DNA of 64,000 nt from Bacteroidota bacterium (GTDB lineage Bacteria; Bacteroidota; Ignavibacteria; UBA10030): the NCBI GenBank assembly GCA_035559595.1, contig DATMBF010000005.1, positions 100,905 through 164,904 of the forward strand. Direction: 5' to 3'. Numbering within the stretch: the stretch's first letter is position 1; every line of letters starts with the position of its first letter. Of the stretch, positions 27,897 through 38,200 are shown one piece after another. Made by a program: the position numbers and the translations under genes. The notes under the pieces are model-generated. The model was not told where the DNA came from, made no database searches, and saw only the letters and a program-made list of their open reading frames with translations.

Positions 27897-29834
27897 ATGA
27901 GCGAACTTGAATTCAAGTTCTTTGATAAGATTAACGATCCTGCAGATTTGCGAAAGCTTGATGTGAAGGATCTCAGGACCGTCTGCACAGAACTCCGCGA
28001 GTTTCTTGTCGATTCCGTTTCGAAAACCGGCGGACATCTTGGCGCCGGGCTCGGTTCTGTTGAGCTTGCTGTTGCGCTTCATTATGCGTTTAACACACCA
28101 CACGATAAGCTCGTCTGGGACACCGGCCATCAGGCCTATCCGCACAAACTCCTTACCGGAAGAAAAGATCGATTCCACACATTGCGGCAACTTCACGGGA
28201 TCAGTGGATTCCTGAGAAGAGTGGAGAGCGAGTACGACGTGTTTGGCGCGGGTCATGCCAGCACGGCAATCTCTGCAGCCCTGGGCATGGCGGCAGCAAG
28301 AGACTTCCTCAAGGAGAACTACAAGGTCGTTGCAATCGTCGGTGATGGCTCGCTCACCGGCGGCATGGCGTATGAGGGATTGAACAACGCGGGCCTTCTG
28401 AAGAAAGATCTGATTGTTGTCTTGAATGACAATCAGATGATCTCCCTTTCTTCCCTTCAACCGACACTCTGGTCGCTGCACAGCTATTTTGCGGAGGTCC
28501 TCACACATCCAACGTACAATAAGTTCAAGGCAAATGTCTGGGATTTGACGGGAAAGCTCGATTCGTTCGGGGATAGGCTCCGTATAGCAGCCCAGAAAGT
28601 TGAAAAGGGTGTAAAGTCGATTATCACACCCGGGATGCTCTTCGAGGCTCTCGGTTTTCGATACTTTGGTCCGTTTAACGGACATAACGTGGTGAAACTT
28701 GTGGAGATCTTTCAGCACGTGAAAGATCTGCATGGGCCCATTCTTGTTCATGCGATTACGGAAAAAGGGAAGGGGTACGCTCCCGCGGAGAAGGAGGCGA
28801 CACGACTCCATGGTGTAACTCCGTTCGACAAAATCACGGGAGTAGCCCCGAAGAGCAGCGGCCCACCGTCATACACCGATATTTTCGGGAAGGCGCTGGT
28901 CGAGGTTTGCAAGAACAATCCGCGCGTTATCGGTATAACAGCCGCCATGCCGGATGGAACGGGTTTGAAGGCACTGCAAAAAGAACTTCCCGAAAGATTT
29001 TTTGATGTTGGCATTGCCGAGCAACATGCCGTGACGTTTGCAGCCGGTATGGCAACACAGGGATACATTCCTGTGGCTGCAATCTATTCAACATTTTTGC
29101 AGCGAGCGTACGACCAGATTATCCATGATGTTGCGCTACAGAATCTCCATGTGGTCTTTGTGATGGATCGTGGTGGGCTTGTCGGAGCAGACGGCCCAAC
29201 GCACCATGGCGTGTTCGACCTGAGCTATCTGCGGTGCATTCCCGGAATGGTTGTCATGGCCCCCAAGGATGAGCAGGAGTTGAGGGACATGCTCTACACG
29301 GCCATCGAGTACAGGAAGGGGCCTATTGCACTACGCTACCCGCGCGCCAATGCACAGGGTATTGCTGTGAGGGACGGTTTCCAAAAGATTGAGATCGGTA
29401 AAGCGGAACGAGTGCGGCAGGGGAAGGATGTTGCGATTCTCGCCATTGGAAACATGGTTCCAAACTCATTGAAAGCTGCAGAAATTCTTGCGAAAGAAGG
29501 GATCGAGGCTGAAGTCGTAAACATGCGTTTCGTGAAACCGCTTGATGAAGAGATGATCGAGTCGATTGTGGGGCGTTTCGAGAATGTCGTTACGGTGGAA
29601 GACAACGTCATTCAGGGTGGCTTCGGATCGGCAGTTCTTGAAGCCGTCCACAAACTGGGTGCAGCCAACACGCTGGTGAAACTCCATGGAATTCCTGATT
29701 CCTTCATTGACCATGGCACGCCGGCCGAGCTTCACCAAATGCTCAAGATGGACGCACAGGGGATTGCTGAAGTCGTGAAGGATTTCTTGATCTCTCGGAC
29801 CGGCAAGACCGCCATGGCACTCATCGAAACGTAA
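27897..29834 (+). CDS. dxs: 1-deoxy-D-xylulose-5-phosphate synthase
   Basis: 'GGHLGAGLG...DTGHQAYPHK' is the TPP-binding region, with 'GDGSLTGGMAYEGLN' and a transketolase-like C-terminus. The protein is 645 aa. Confidence 0.9.
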   Translation: MSELEFKFFDKINDPADLRKLDVKDLRTVCTELREFLVDSVSKTGGHLGAGLGSVELAVALHYAFNTPHDKLVWDTGHQAYPHKLLTGRKDRFHTLRQLHGISGFLRRVESEYDVFGAGHASTAISAALGMAAARDFLKENYKVVAIVGDGSLTGGMAYEGLNNAGLLKKDLIVVLNDNQMISLSSLQPTLWSLHSYFAEVLTHPTYNKFKANVWDLTGKLDSFGDRLRIAAQKVEKGVKSIITPGMLFEALGFRYFGPFNGHNVVKLVEIFQHVKDLHGPILVHAITEKGKGYAPAEKEATRLHGVTPFDKITGVAPKSSGPPSYTDIFGKALVEVCKNNPRVIGITAAMPDGTGLKALQKELPERFFDVGIAEQHAVTFAAGMATQGYIPVAAIYSTFLQRAYDQIIHDVALQNLHVVFVMDRGGLVGADGPTHHGVFDLSYLRCIPGMVVMAPKDEQELRDMLYTAIEYRKGPIALRYPRANAQGIAVRDGFQKIEIGKAERVRQGKDVAILAIGNMVPNSLKAAEILAKEGIEAEVVNMRFVKPLDEEMIESIVGRFENVVTVEDNVIQGGFGSAVLEAVHKLGAANTLVKLHGIPDSFIDHGTPAELHQMLKMDAQGIAEVVKDFLISRTGKTAMALIET

Positions 29835-29849
29835 AGATCATCCTCGCGA

Positions 29850-30857
29850 ATGGAAAAAGTCCGCATTGGCGTCATAGGCCTCGGCAATATCGCACAAACC
29901 ATCCACATTCCTATCCTTGCCAAACTTCCCGACGCAGAAGTAGTAGCTGTCTGTGATCTTGATATCGGCAAAGCGCGCACCGTAGCGCAAAAGTTCGGTA
30001 TTCCCCGAAGCTATTCAAACTACGAAAAGATGCTCGAGGCCGAGGATGATATTGTCGGAATCGACGTCTGTGCTTCGACATTTGCTCATAAAGAGATTGC
30101 TGTTGCCGCCCTCCAGGCAAAGAAGCACGTTCTCGTCGAAAAGCCGCTTGCGAGAACACAGAAAGAGGCAATAGAAATCGTTTCGGTCGCTAAAAAGCAT
30201 CAGCGACAGGTGATGGTGGGGATGAATAGCCGCTTCAGACCCGATGCGATGATTCTCCGAAGTTTCATTGAGGGGAAAGAATTGGGAAAGATTTACTACG
30301 CAAAGGCAGGATGGTTCAAACGATTGAGTGTCGAGACCCCATGGTTTACCCGAAAGGCGCAGTCGGGGGGAGGCGTTGTGCTCGACCTCGGCATCGTGAT
30401 GTTCGACCTGGCCTTTTGGATGATGGGATATCCTGCTGTGAAAGAGGTTATCGCTTCGACGTATTCCCACAATACGAAGGAAGTGGAAGATTCAGCCATC
30501 GTCTTTATCAGAATGAAGAACGGTTCGACAATGACTCTGGAGGCAAGCTGGTCGTTTGAGTCGACGCACGATTTCTTTTACTGCGATGTGTTCGGAACGG
30601 ATGGAAGCGGCTCGTTGAACCCGTTCCGCATCCTCAAGAAGATGCACGGCAATCTCGTCAACGTTACACCCGTTTCTCACGAAACACCCCAGTCGCTCTA
30701 CCGAAAATCGTACGAGAATGAATTGAAGCACTGGATTGGCTCGCTGCGCGGATTGCATACGTTCGTCTCGACGGGCGAGGATGCTGTTCATCGCATGAAA
30801 GTCGTCGATGCCATCTACAAATCCGCAAAAAGCGGAAAGAGTGCAAGCTTAGCATAG
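29850..30857 (+). CDS. Gfo/Idh/MocA family NAD(P)-dependent oxidoreductase
   Basis: 'VRIGVIGLGNIAQTIHIPIL' is the Rossmann GxGxxA motif, followed by 'EKPLA'. Confidence 0.8.
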   Translation: MEKVRIGVIGLGNIAQTIHIPILAKLPDAEVVAVCDLDIGKARTVAQKFGIPRSYSNYEKMLEAEDDIVGIDVCASTFAHKEIAVAALQAKKHVLVEKPLARTQKEAIEIVSVAKKHQRQVMVGMNSRFRPDAMILRSFIEGKELGKIYYAKAGWFKRLSVETPWFTRKAQSGGGVVLDLGIVMFDLAFWMMGYPAVKEVIASTYSHNTKEVEDSAIVFIRMKNGSTMTLEASWSFESTHDFFYCDVFGTDGSGSLNPFRILKKMHGNLVNVTPVSHETPQSLYRKSYENELKHWIGSLRGLHTFVSTGEDAVHRMKVVDAIYKSAKSGKSASLA

Positions 30858-30889
30858 CCACGGCGTTTTTCCTTCCTCATGGTGGTTTC

Positions 30890-31693
30890 ATGTCCCTCAT
30901 CGCGTTGTTGACCGACTTTGGATTGAGCGATCATTATGTTGGAACGATGAAGGGTGTCATTGTTTCGGCAAATCCCGGCGCGCGAATTATCGACCTCTCG
31001 CACGATGTCCGCCCGCAACAAGTCCATGAGGCCGGCTATCTCCTCTGGGCAGCTTACACATATTTCCCCAAAGGCACGATTTTCGTTTGTGTTGTTGACC
31101 CGGGTGTCGGCTCAACGAGGAGGATCCTCGCCGTGGAGACCGAACATTATCGATTCCTAACTCCCGACAACGGATTGCTTGACTATGTCCTGGCGGAAGA
31201 GCGAATCATTGCCGCCCGCGAAGTTGTCGTTACAGCCAATGGTGTGAAGGGGCTCCCAAGGGTTCGCATCGAACGAATCTCGTCAACATTCCATGGGCGT
31301 GATATCTTCGCGCCAGTTGCCGCAGCACTCTCTCGTGGAGATCAATGGACAGGCGAAGCCCCACTCCTCTCGTTAAAGACGCCGGATTCAGTTTTTGTCG
31401 ATTCACATCGAGGGAAGGTCCAACCCCGCATACTCCATATCGATAGATTCGGGAATCTCATAACCAACATTCGATCTTCGAATTTCTACGAGGCAAAAAC
31501 CCTCGCACCCGCACTCCGCGTGGGGAAAAAGAGAGTTCGTCGTTGGATCTCCAATTATTCAGAGGGCTCTCTCCGGGAACCGTCGCTAATCCTCGGAAGC
31601 AGCAGTCTCATTGAGGTTGTGTTAAGGGAAGGAAGCGCCGCCCGCCACCTCAGAGCGTCGTTAGCCACAAAGCTTGCCATTGTTCGTTCATGA
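30890..31693 (+). CDS. SAM hydroxide adenosyltransferase family protein (DUF62; fluorinase/chlorinase-like fold)
   Basis: 'IALLTDFGLSDHYVGTMKGVI' and 'FVCVVDPGVGS' match the DUF62 N-terminal domain. The gene overlaps ribD by 4 nt. Confidence 0.7.
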   Translation: MSLIALLTDFGLSDHYVGTMKGVIVSANPGARIIDLSHDVRPQQVHEAGYLLWAAYTYFPKGTIFVCVVDPGVGSTRRILAVETEHYRFLTPDNGLLDYVLAEERIIAAREVVVTANGVKGLPRVRIERISSTFHGRDIFAPVAAALSRGDQWTGEAPLLSLKTPDSVFVDSHRGKVQPRILHIDRFGNLITNIRSSNFYEAKTLAPALRVGKKRVRRWISNYSEGSLREPSLILGSSSLIEVVLREGSAARHLRASLATKLAIVRS

Positions 31694-32787
31694 ATTCCTC
31701 CTATCTCCATCCTGAATTCATTCGACGCTGTTTTGAGCTTGCGAAAAAAGGAGAGCTTCATGTTACCCCGAACCCGCAGGTTGGTTGTGTTATTGTCAAA
31801 GACGGCAGAATCATTGCAGAGGGGTATCACAAACAATTCGGCAAAGCACACGCAGAGATAGAGGCGTTGAGGATTGCCGGTGAGAGGGGGCGAGGGGCAA
31901 CAATGTATGTCAATCTCGAGCCTTGCTCGCATTTCGGCAAAACGCCCCCCTGCGCAGATGCGATTATCAAGGCCGGGATTTCAAAAGTTGTGGCTTCAAT
32001 CGCCGATCCCAATCCGCAAATCTCGGGGAGGGGTTTTCAGAGACTCCGGAAGGCCGGGATCGCTGTCGAAACGGGAATTCTTGCTGAAGAGGCAACGAGA
32101 CTCAATGAGCGATTTGTGTATTACATGAAGAAACGAAAGCCATTCGTCGGTATCAAAGTCGCTCAGACTCTCGACGGATTAATTGCCGATGTCCGAAGGA
32201 GATCACAGTGGATTACTTCGCCTGGAGCAAGACAGGAGGCTCATCGCTTACGCGCAATATATGAATCGGTGCTTATCGGGGCGGGGACGGCCATCAAGGA
32301 TAATCCCGAGCTCACCGTCAGGTTGGTAAAAGGGCGTAATCCTACCCGGATAGTTGTTGATGGACGCTTGCGTTGTCCGCCGAATCTAAAACTTTTCGAT
32401 ACTCGTCACGCTAAGACAATCGTTCTGACATCGCGATCGGCATTTCATCGAAAGAAGGCGTTGGTTCAGCAATTGGAAAGAAAAGGCGTAAGCGTGATCA
32501 CAGCCGGCGCAAGTCCGCAGTTGTCGGTCACCGCCATTCAAACGAAACTCTCAACACTTGGCATTTCATCCGTTTTAATTGAAGGGGGTGGAGAAACGGT
32601 GAGTCGGTTTCTTGAAAAACCAGTTGCCAACAAGATTCACGTTTTTGTTGCTCCAAAAATTCTCGGCGGTGGGTTGACATCATTTTCTTTGCGGAATCCT
32701 CGTATCTTAACAAAAGCGCTGACGTTGAACGGAGTCGAAGTGCGGTGTGTGGGCGACGACGTTCTTGTCGAGGGCTACTTCCGCTAA
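31690..32787 (+). CDS. ribD: Bifunctional riboflavin biosynthesis deaminase/reductase
   Basis: The deaminase zinc motif is 'HAEIEAL...PCSHFGKTPPC' and the reductase part is 'LIGAGTAIKDNPELTVR'. Confidence 0.85.
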   Translation: MNSSYLHPEFIRRCFELAKKGELHVTPNPQVGCVIVKDGRIIAEGYHKQFGKAHAEIEALRIAGERGRGATMYVNLEPCSHFGKTPPCADAIIKAGISKVVASIADPNPQISGRGFQRLRKAGIAVETGILAEEATRLNERFVYYMKKRKPFVGIKVAQTLDGLIADVRRRSQWITSPGARQEAHRLRAIYESVLIGAGTAIKDNPELTVRLVKGRNPTRIVVDGRLRCPPNLKLFDTRHAKTIVLTSRSAFHRKKALVQQLERKGVSVITAGASPQLSVTAIQTKLSTLGISSVLIEGGGETVSRFLEKPVANKIHVFVAPKILGGGLTSFSLRNPRILTKALTLNGVEVRCVGDDVLVEGYFR

Positions 32788-32811
32788 CGATAACGGAGTG
32801 TAGGAAGAACA

Positions 32812-33402
32812 ATGTTCACCGGCATCGTCGAAGAGATTGGCAGAGTTTCGAAGCTCAAACGCAACGGCACAAGCATCGCGTTGACCGTGCGGGCTCGAAC
32901 TGTATTGCGGGGATTGCGGAAGGGGGATAGTATTTCCGTCAACGGTGTGTGCCTTACCGTTACGGAAAAGGGAGCGGGTCGTTTTGCCGTTCAAGCAGTT
33001 GAGGAAACACTGCGGAAGACGAACTTAGGAACCTTGCGTGAAGGAAGCGCTGTTAATCTGGAGCGCTCGATTCTTCCGAATTCACGCATGGGAGGTCATT
33101 TCGTGCTTGGACATGTGGATACGACCGGCAGAATCGAATCAATCAAGAATCTCAAAAGTAGCCGACTGATGTGGATCAGCGTTTCGAAGAGATTCGCGAA
33201 GCTTCTCATCCCGGTCGGTTCTGTAGCTATTGATGGTGTGAGTCTCACCGTTGCCCGACTCGAGACGACCCGGTTTGCTGTGTCGCTGATTCCATATACC
33301 CTGAAGGTGACAACACTCGGAAGATCCCGCATTGGTGATCGCGTGAATATCGAATTCGACGTGCTCGGCAAGTATGTTCAACGAATGATCGGAAGGAAGT
33401 AA
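32812..33402 (+). CDS. ribE: Riboflavin synthase alpha subunit
   Basis: 'MFTGIVEEIG', 'NGVCLTV' and the duplicated lumazine-binding repeat 'IDGVSLTV'. Confidence 0.85.
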   Translation: MFTGIVEEIGRVSKLKRNGTSIALTVRARTVLRGLRKGDSISVNGVCLTVTEKGAGRFAVQAVEETLRKTNLGTLREGSAVNLERSILPNSRMGGHFVLGHVDTTGRIESIKNLKSSRLMWISVSKRFAKLLIPVGSVAIDGVSLTVARLETTRFAVSLIPYTLKVTTLGRSRIGDRVNIEFDVLGKYVQRMIGRK

Positions 33403-34161
33403 GTGGGCAGAAGAATCATCTATAAGATTGAGGATAATTCGCAAAACTCGTTCACGGAAGACCAGTGGCAAGAAGTACAGCGCCTTCAACATTGGTACAA
33501 CAGCGAGTTCACCTGGACGGCAGGAAAAATCGCCTTTAAGAGATATGTTCTCTTTCCGAATGTCGAAGAGTTCTCCAATCTTGATCTCTCCATTTGGGAG
33601 ATCATCGCACAGCGCTACGAGTCGCTCGCAGCACAGGGGCTCTCGGAACGTGACGTTATTACGCAACTCGAAAAGGACAGGCTTGTCTTCGTGAAATGGG
33701 GCGGGTATTTCGATGATTGTTTGGGGAGCGGGTTTACGCGGGTTGCCGACAACGAGTGGAATGCTTTTCTGGTGTGCGACTTTTTGCTCAAAGCATCAAC
33801 GCTCCTCACGGATGCAACCATCCAAGTGATCGATGAGGGGAGATTTATTAAGATGGGATCAATCGGCCTTCGAAACGGCAAAGTTCTCTTGAGTCGAAGG
33901 AAGCAACAAAAAGAAAGAGGGGAAAGCCCGCGAGGACATGTCTTTTCTATTGTCGATCCGGAGAAATACGACAAGCACCCGAAGTTCAAGAATACGATTC
34001 CTGATTTCAATTCTCTGGCGAAGAAGGAGCGGCTGGCGTGGATTCAGAATTGGAATTGGCTCGGCTACGGCGACAGCTATGACGCCGATGGCGACGACGA
34101 AAAAGGATTCGACTTGAATAAAAAGATTCGAAATATCGAATACCTGGATGACCAACAATGA
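33403..34161 (+). CDS. Hypothetical Trp-rich protein encoded directly after ribE (GTG start)
   Basis: A 252-aa ORF beginning at a GTG immediately after the ribE stop. It has no recognisable family, and a terminator follows at 34276-34301. Confidence 0.4.
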   Translation: MGRRIIYKIEDNSQNSFTEDQWQEVQRLQHWYNSEFTWTAGKIAFKRYVLFPNVEEFSNLDLSIWEIIAQRYESLAAQGLSERDVITQLEKDRLVFVKWGGYFDDCLGSGFTRVADNEWNAFLVCDFLLKASTLLTDATIQVIDEGRFIKMGSIGLRNGKVLLSRRKQQKERGESPRGHVFSIVDPEKYDKHPKFKNTIPDFNSLAKKERLAWIQNWNWLGYGDSYDADGDDEKGFDLNKKIRNIEYLDDQQ

Positions 34162-34275
34162 CATGTTTTGGTAGTGATTAACTGTTGGGATCTTCCATCT
34201 GTGGGTATGGACTCTTTCCGGCCATCTTCAAAACTCCTTGCATTTCAAGCGCATGATGAATATATTTGATGAGCC

Positions 34276-34301
34276 AACCCCATGAAGAGTGGGGTTTTTT
34301 A
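34276..34301 (+). terminator. Rho-independent terminator after the rib operon
   Basis: AACCCCA-TGAAGAG-TGGGGTT hairpin followed by TTTTTT. Confidence 0.5.
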
Positions 34302-34318
34302 TCTTAAGGAGTGTCGTC

Positions 34319-34669
34319 ATGTACAAAGTTCTCATGGTTGTTGAGATTTTCATTAGCATTTTCCTGATCATTGTTGTTCTCATGCAGGCGAGCAAGGGGG
34401 GCGGGTTAGCGGGTTCTTTTGGCGGATCGAATATCGGAACGGTGTTCGGAGTGCGCCGTGCATCCGACTTCCTCAGCAAATCCACCACAGTTCTGGCAAC
34501 GATTTTTGTTCTTCTGGCGATGGTGATTAATTTCATGCTTCCTACACGCGAAGGAGAGACCCGGAAGAGCGTTATTGAGATCGATCAGCCTCGAGCGACC
34601 GTGCCCACCACACCGCAACCGTCTGTACCTCCTCAGCAACAGACCCCTCCGGCCCAACAGAATCCATAG
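34319..34669 (+). CDS. secG: Preprotein translocase subunit SecG (with Pro/Gln-rich C-terminal tail)
   Basis: 'MYKVLMVVEIFISIFLIIVVLMQASKGGGLAGSFGG' is the canonical SecG N-terminus, with an AAGGAG RBS 8 nt upstream. The last 40 aa or so are P/Q/T-rich. Confidence 0.7.
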   Translation: MYKVLMVVEIFISIFLIIVVLMQASKGGGLAGSFGGSNIGTVFGVRRASDFLSKSTTVLATIFVLLAMVINFMLPTREGETRKSVIEIDQPRATVPTTPQPSVPPQQQTPPAQQNP

Positions 34670-34687
34670 GTTGTCTTCTGGTGTGTT

Positions 34688-34760
<73 letters not shown>

Positions 34761-34795
34761 CTGCGTGAATTCGGATTGGGGAGGAGACTTTATTT

Positions 34796-34881
34796 GCCGA
34801 AGTGGCGGAATTGGTAGACGCGCTGGACTCAAAATCCAGTCCGGCTTACCCCGGGTGAGAGTTCGAGTCTCTCCTTCGGCA
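34796..34881 (+). tRNA. tRNA-Leu (anticodon CAA), long variable arm
   Basis: Acceptor GCCGAAG/CTTCGGC, anticodon stem CTGGA/TCCAG with loop CTCAAAA (CAA), a 14-nt variable arm, T-arm GAGAG-TTCGAGT-CTCTC. Total 86 nt. Confidence 0.85.
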
Positions 34882-34882
34882 C

Positions 34883-35080
34883 ATGTGTACGGTGTATCTA
34901 CTCCGGTCGTGGGAGGATTTCAGGTTGTATGGGAGATTTACGCGGAACCTGCCGAAGAGACTCAAGGAACACAGAGTTGGTGGTGTTGCGTCGACGAAGT
35001 TTCGCGTTCGAAGAAATACATCGGCGGTGAAGTCGGCCATTGGAACGACAACAGAAGTATTTACCAGCCGGTTGAAATAG
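34883..35080 (+). CDS. GIY-YIG nuclease family-like small protein, probably C-terminally degenerate
   Basis: The 65-aa ORF starts 2 nt after tRNA-Leu. 'TVYLLRS...LYGRFTRNLPKRLKEHRVGGVASTKFRVRR' resembles the small GIY-YIG consensus (YVYILKS...YIGYTNNLERRLKEHN.G.GAKYTRGRRP), but the ORF ends early. Confidence 0.35.
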   Translation: MCTVYLLRSWEDFRLYGRFTRNLPKRLKEHRVGGVASTKFRVRRNTSAVKSAIGTTTEVFTSRLK

Positions 35081-35221
35081 ACAAAACGCTCCCTGCGATC
35101 CTCCTTGCCTTCCCGTCAATACTTCCCTACATTTAAACCATCGAAAGCATTCTTCATTCTTCGGAGTTCATGATGGCGTAAGGATACTGTGTTGTAGAAA
35201 CCCCATCTCATCGTATCCTTC

Positions 35222-38200
35222 ATGAACGTTCTTCTTCGTTTTCTTTCTCTTCTGCTTGCAGTCAGTCCGCTTCTCGTTCAACGGTCTTTTTCACAAACAG
35301 GCTTCAAGGGTAAGGATCTTGATCACCCTATCTTCTTGGCACGGGTGAGTCCGAACGATTCGCTTGTCCAGCTTCCCCATCATTTCCTCATCTCTTCGAG
35401 TGTTACCGTCCATCTTGATACGCTAAACCTTGTCGATGGGCAAGACTATTCGCTAAATGCCCGATATGGACAGCTGAGATTACTCGCTGCTTTTAAATCT
35501 CGAATCCAACCTGATTCAACGGTTCAACTGTTGATCCGCTATCGAGCTCTTCCTCTGAACTTCAAGCCGGAATACCGACGCAACGAACTTATGATGCGAG
35601 GCATAGAGGGGGACACGACCTCTCGACGGATTGTGTCGAGCGCGGCAGCCTCTTCGTTCGGCGATTTGTTTGGGCCAAATCTTCAGAAAAGTGGATCGAT
35701 CTTTCGCGGGTTTACGTTTGGGTCGAATCGAGATCTCTCCCTGAGCTCTGGCTTTCGAATGCAATTGAGCGGAAAGCTTTCCGAGGATGTCGAGCTTGTT
35801 GCAGCGTTGACAGATGAGAATTCCCCCATTCAGCCCGAGGGATCGACACAAACTCTTCAGGAGGTCGACAAGGTGTTCGTTGAGCTTCAGCACCCTACCT
35901 ACGGTGCAACGCTTGGTGACTTTATGATCGAGCAAAGCAAGACGGAAGGGGGCGAGTTCGGGAGGTTCGCCAGAAAAGTTCAGGGAGCAAGGGGTGTGGC
36001 TCGCGCATCGTCCCTGGGAAGTGTTCTTGGCGTTGCCTCATTCTCCATTGCCGCAGCGACGAATCGTGGGAAATTTCACAATAATCAGTTTCAGGGAATT
36101 GAGGGTGCGCAGGGTCCATATCGGTTGAGCGGTCGAAACGGCGAGCGTCGCATCATTGTGATTGCAGGCAGCGAGCGCGTGTATCTTAACGGGGAGCTTA
36201 TGACGCGGGGAGAAACGAACGATTACGTCATCGACTATGCCGCTGCCGAAGTTACCTTCAGCAGCAAACGACTCATCACCAACGCTTCACGAATTAGTAT
36301 CGATTTTGAATATTCGGACCGTAACTATACCCGGAACCTCTTTGCTTCGACAACAAGCGTGCAGTCTGAAGACAAATCATTTTCCCTCAATGCTTCAGTT
36401 CTTCAGGAAGCGGATGACCCCGATTCTCCGATTGACGTCGCCCTTGACGAAACCAGCAAGTTCATCCTTCAGCGGAGCGGGGATGATCGGCTGAAGTCAA
36501 GCATCAGCGGTATCCGTTTTGTTGGGAATGACTCAGCCAGCGGCCTCCCCCTTGGTCAATACCTTCTGCAAGACACCGTCATCGCCGGCAGGTCATATTC
36601 CATCTTGGTGTATGCACCGGGGGATCCAGAGGCGCTCTATTCGGCTAATTTCTCGATTGTCGATCGCATGCCGGCCGATTCGGCCGGATACGAGCGCGTT
36701 GGCGTTGGGCACTTTCGCTTTGCGGGAATCGGCAAGGGGAATTACCTCCCGCTTCAATTCATTCCTCTTCCGCAGCGTCACCGGTTTTTGAACCTGAACG
36801 GTGGTGGAGTCGTGATGAAGGGACTTTCGATCAACGCGGAATATGCCGTTAGCGAGTTTGACGCGAATCGCCTCTCGATGCTCGATGCGCAGGATCAAAG
36901 AGGGACGGCCTCGAAAGTGACCGCTCAATACGAGGAAAAAGACGTCAGAATCGGCAGTGCAAATCTCGGTTCGCTTCGTTTTTCGTTCGGGCGTAGATAT
37001 GTCGATCGGCGCTTCGTTGCGCCGGACCGATTCAATGAAGTGGAATTCGGTCGCAAATGGGATGTTGACTTGAGAACAAAAACACACGAGGAGCTGCGGG
37101 AGGCGAGTGTTGCGTACTCACCATTTGCCGCCCTCAGTGTTGATGCAACGTATGGATCGTTCGAGCGACAAGGTGCGGAGCGGTCCACTCGCCTCGAGGC
37201 AGGTGTGAAGGTTGACCGGAGCGATGTGCCCCGGCTTTCGTATCGAGCAGAAAATATTCGTTCAGAGAATCATCTTCAACACACATCTTCTTCCTGGCTG
37301 CGCCAACGGGCTGCGGTGGATTATTCTTACGGTATGTTTGCTCCCGGATTGCGGGCAGAGGCGGAAAATCGGCTGGTCACTTCACGATTTTCGGATTCGG
37401 CGCTGGCCGGCAGTTTCAAGATTCTTGAGATAGCGCCCCGAATGGCAATAACGCAATGGGGACCCATGAATGCTTCCGTGGAATTTCAGATTCGCTCTGA
37501 GGACAGTGCCTCAGGCGGCCGCGTTCAAAGAGCCCTCGAATCGTTTTCTCAGCTTTACTCCTGGCAGCTCCGTGAGTGGAATTCTCTTTCCAGTCATCTT
37601 AATCTCAGTATCCGCACCGTTCGGTTCTCTGATGCATTCATAGCACGTGGCAATACCAATTCTGAAGTCATCCTTGTGAGGTCACTCTCGCGCTACATCC
37701 CCCTTCAGCGTGCTGTGGAGGCTGAAATCTTCTATGAGTTTTCCAGCCAGCGTTCGGCGCACCTTGAGCGTGTGTTCGTGCGTGTGCCGAGAGGAAGCGG
37801 AAACTATCGCTATCTTGGCGATCGTAATAATAACGGGATTGCAGATGAGGAGGAGTTTGAGTTGACCAGATTTGATGGGGACTACATTGTCGTTATGGTC
37901 CCAAGTGATCAATTATTCCCGATTGTAGAGCTCAAAGCAAGTTCGCGGTTGCGACTTTATGGAGAGCGTCTCGTGGGGGGGAACGGTCTCCTTGCGTCGA
38001 TTGCGCGGAGCCTTTCAACGGAAACGTATCTCCGCGTAGACGAAAGAAGCAATGAATCCGACACAAAACAAATCTATTTGCTCAACCTCAGCAGATTCCA
38101 GAATCCGGCAACAACCATCTCCGGTTCAAATCTGATCCAGCAAGATTTGCATGTTTTCGAGAACAAACCGGATCTCTCCTTTCGGTTCCGGTTCCAGCAA

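Noticed and set aside
26520-28811. Antisense ORFs of 276 aa (26520-27350) and 313 aa (27870-28811) opposite xseA and dxs
   Set aside because: The sense frames encode highly conserved enzymes. The antisense translations are Arg/Cys-rich with no motifs.
31600-31700. FMN riboswitch upstream of ribD, or TPP riboswitch upstream of dxs
   Set aside because: Both genes overlap or abut the preceding coding sequence by 4 nt, leaving no leader region for a riboswitch.
34765-35136. 123-aa plus-strand ORF spanning the tRNA-Leu gene
   Set aside because: It overlaps a well-folded tRNA-Leu(CAA) and the GIY-YIG frame, and has no features. It is a spurious frame.
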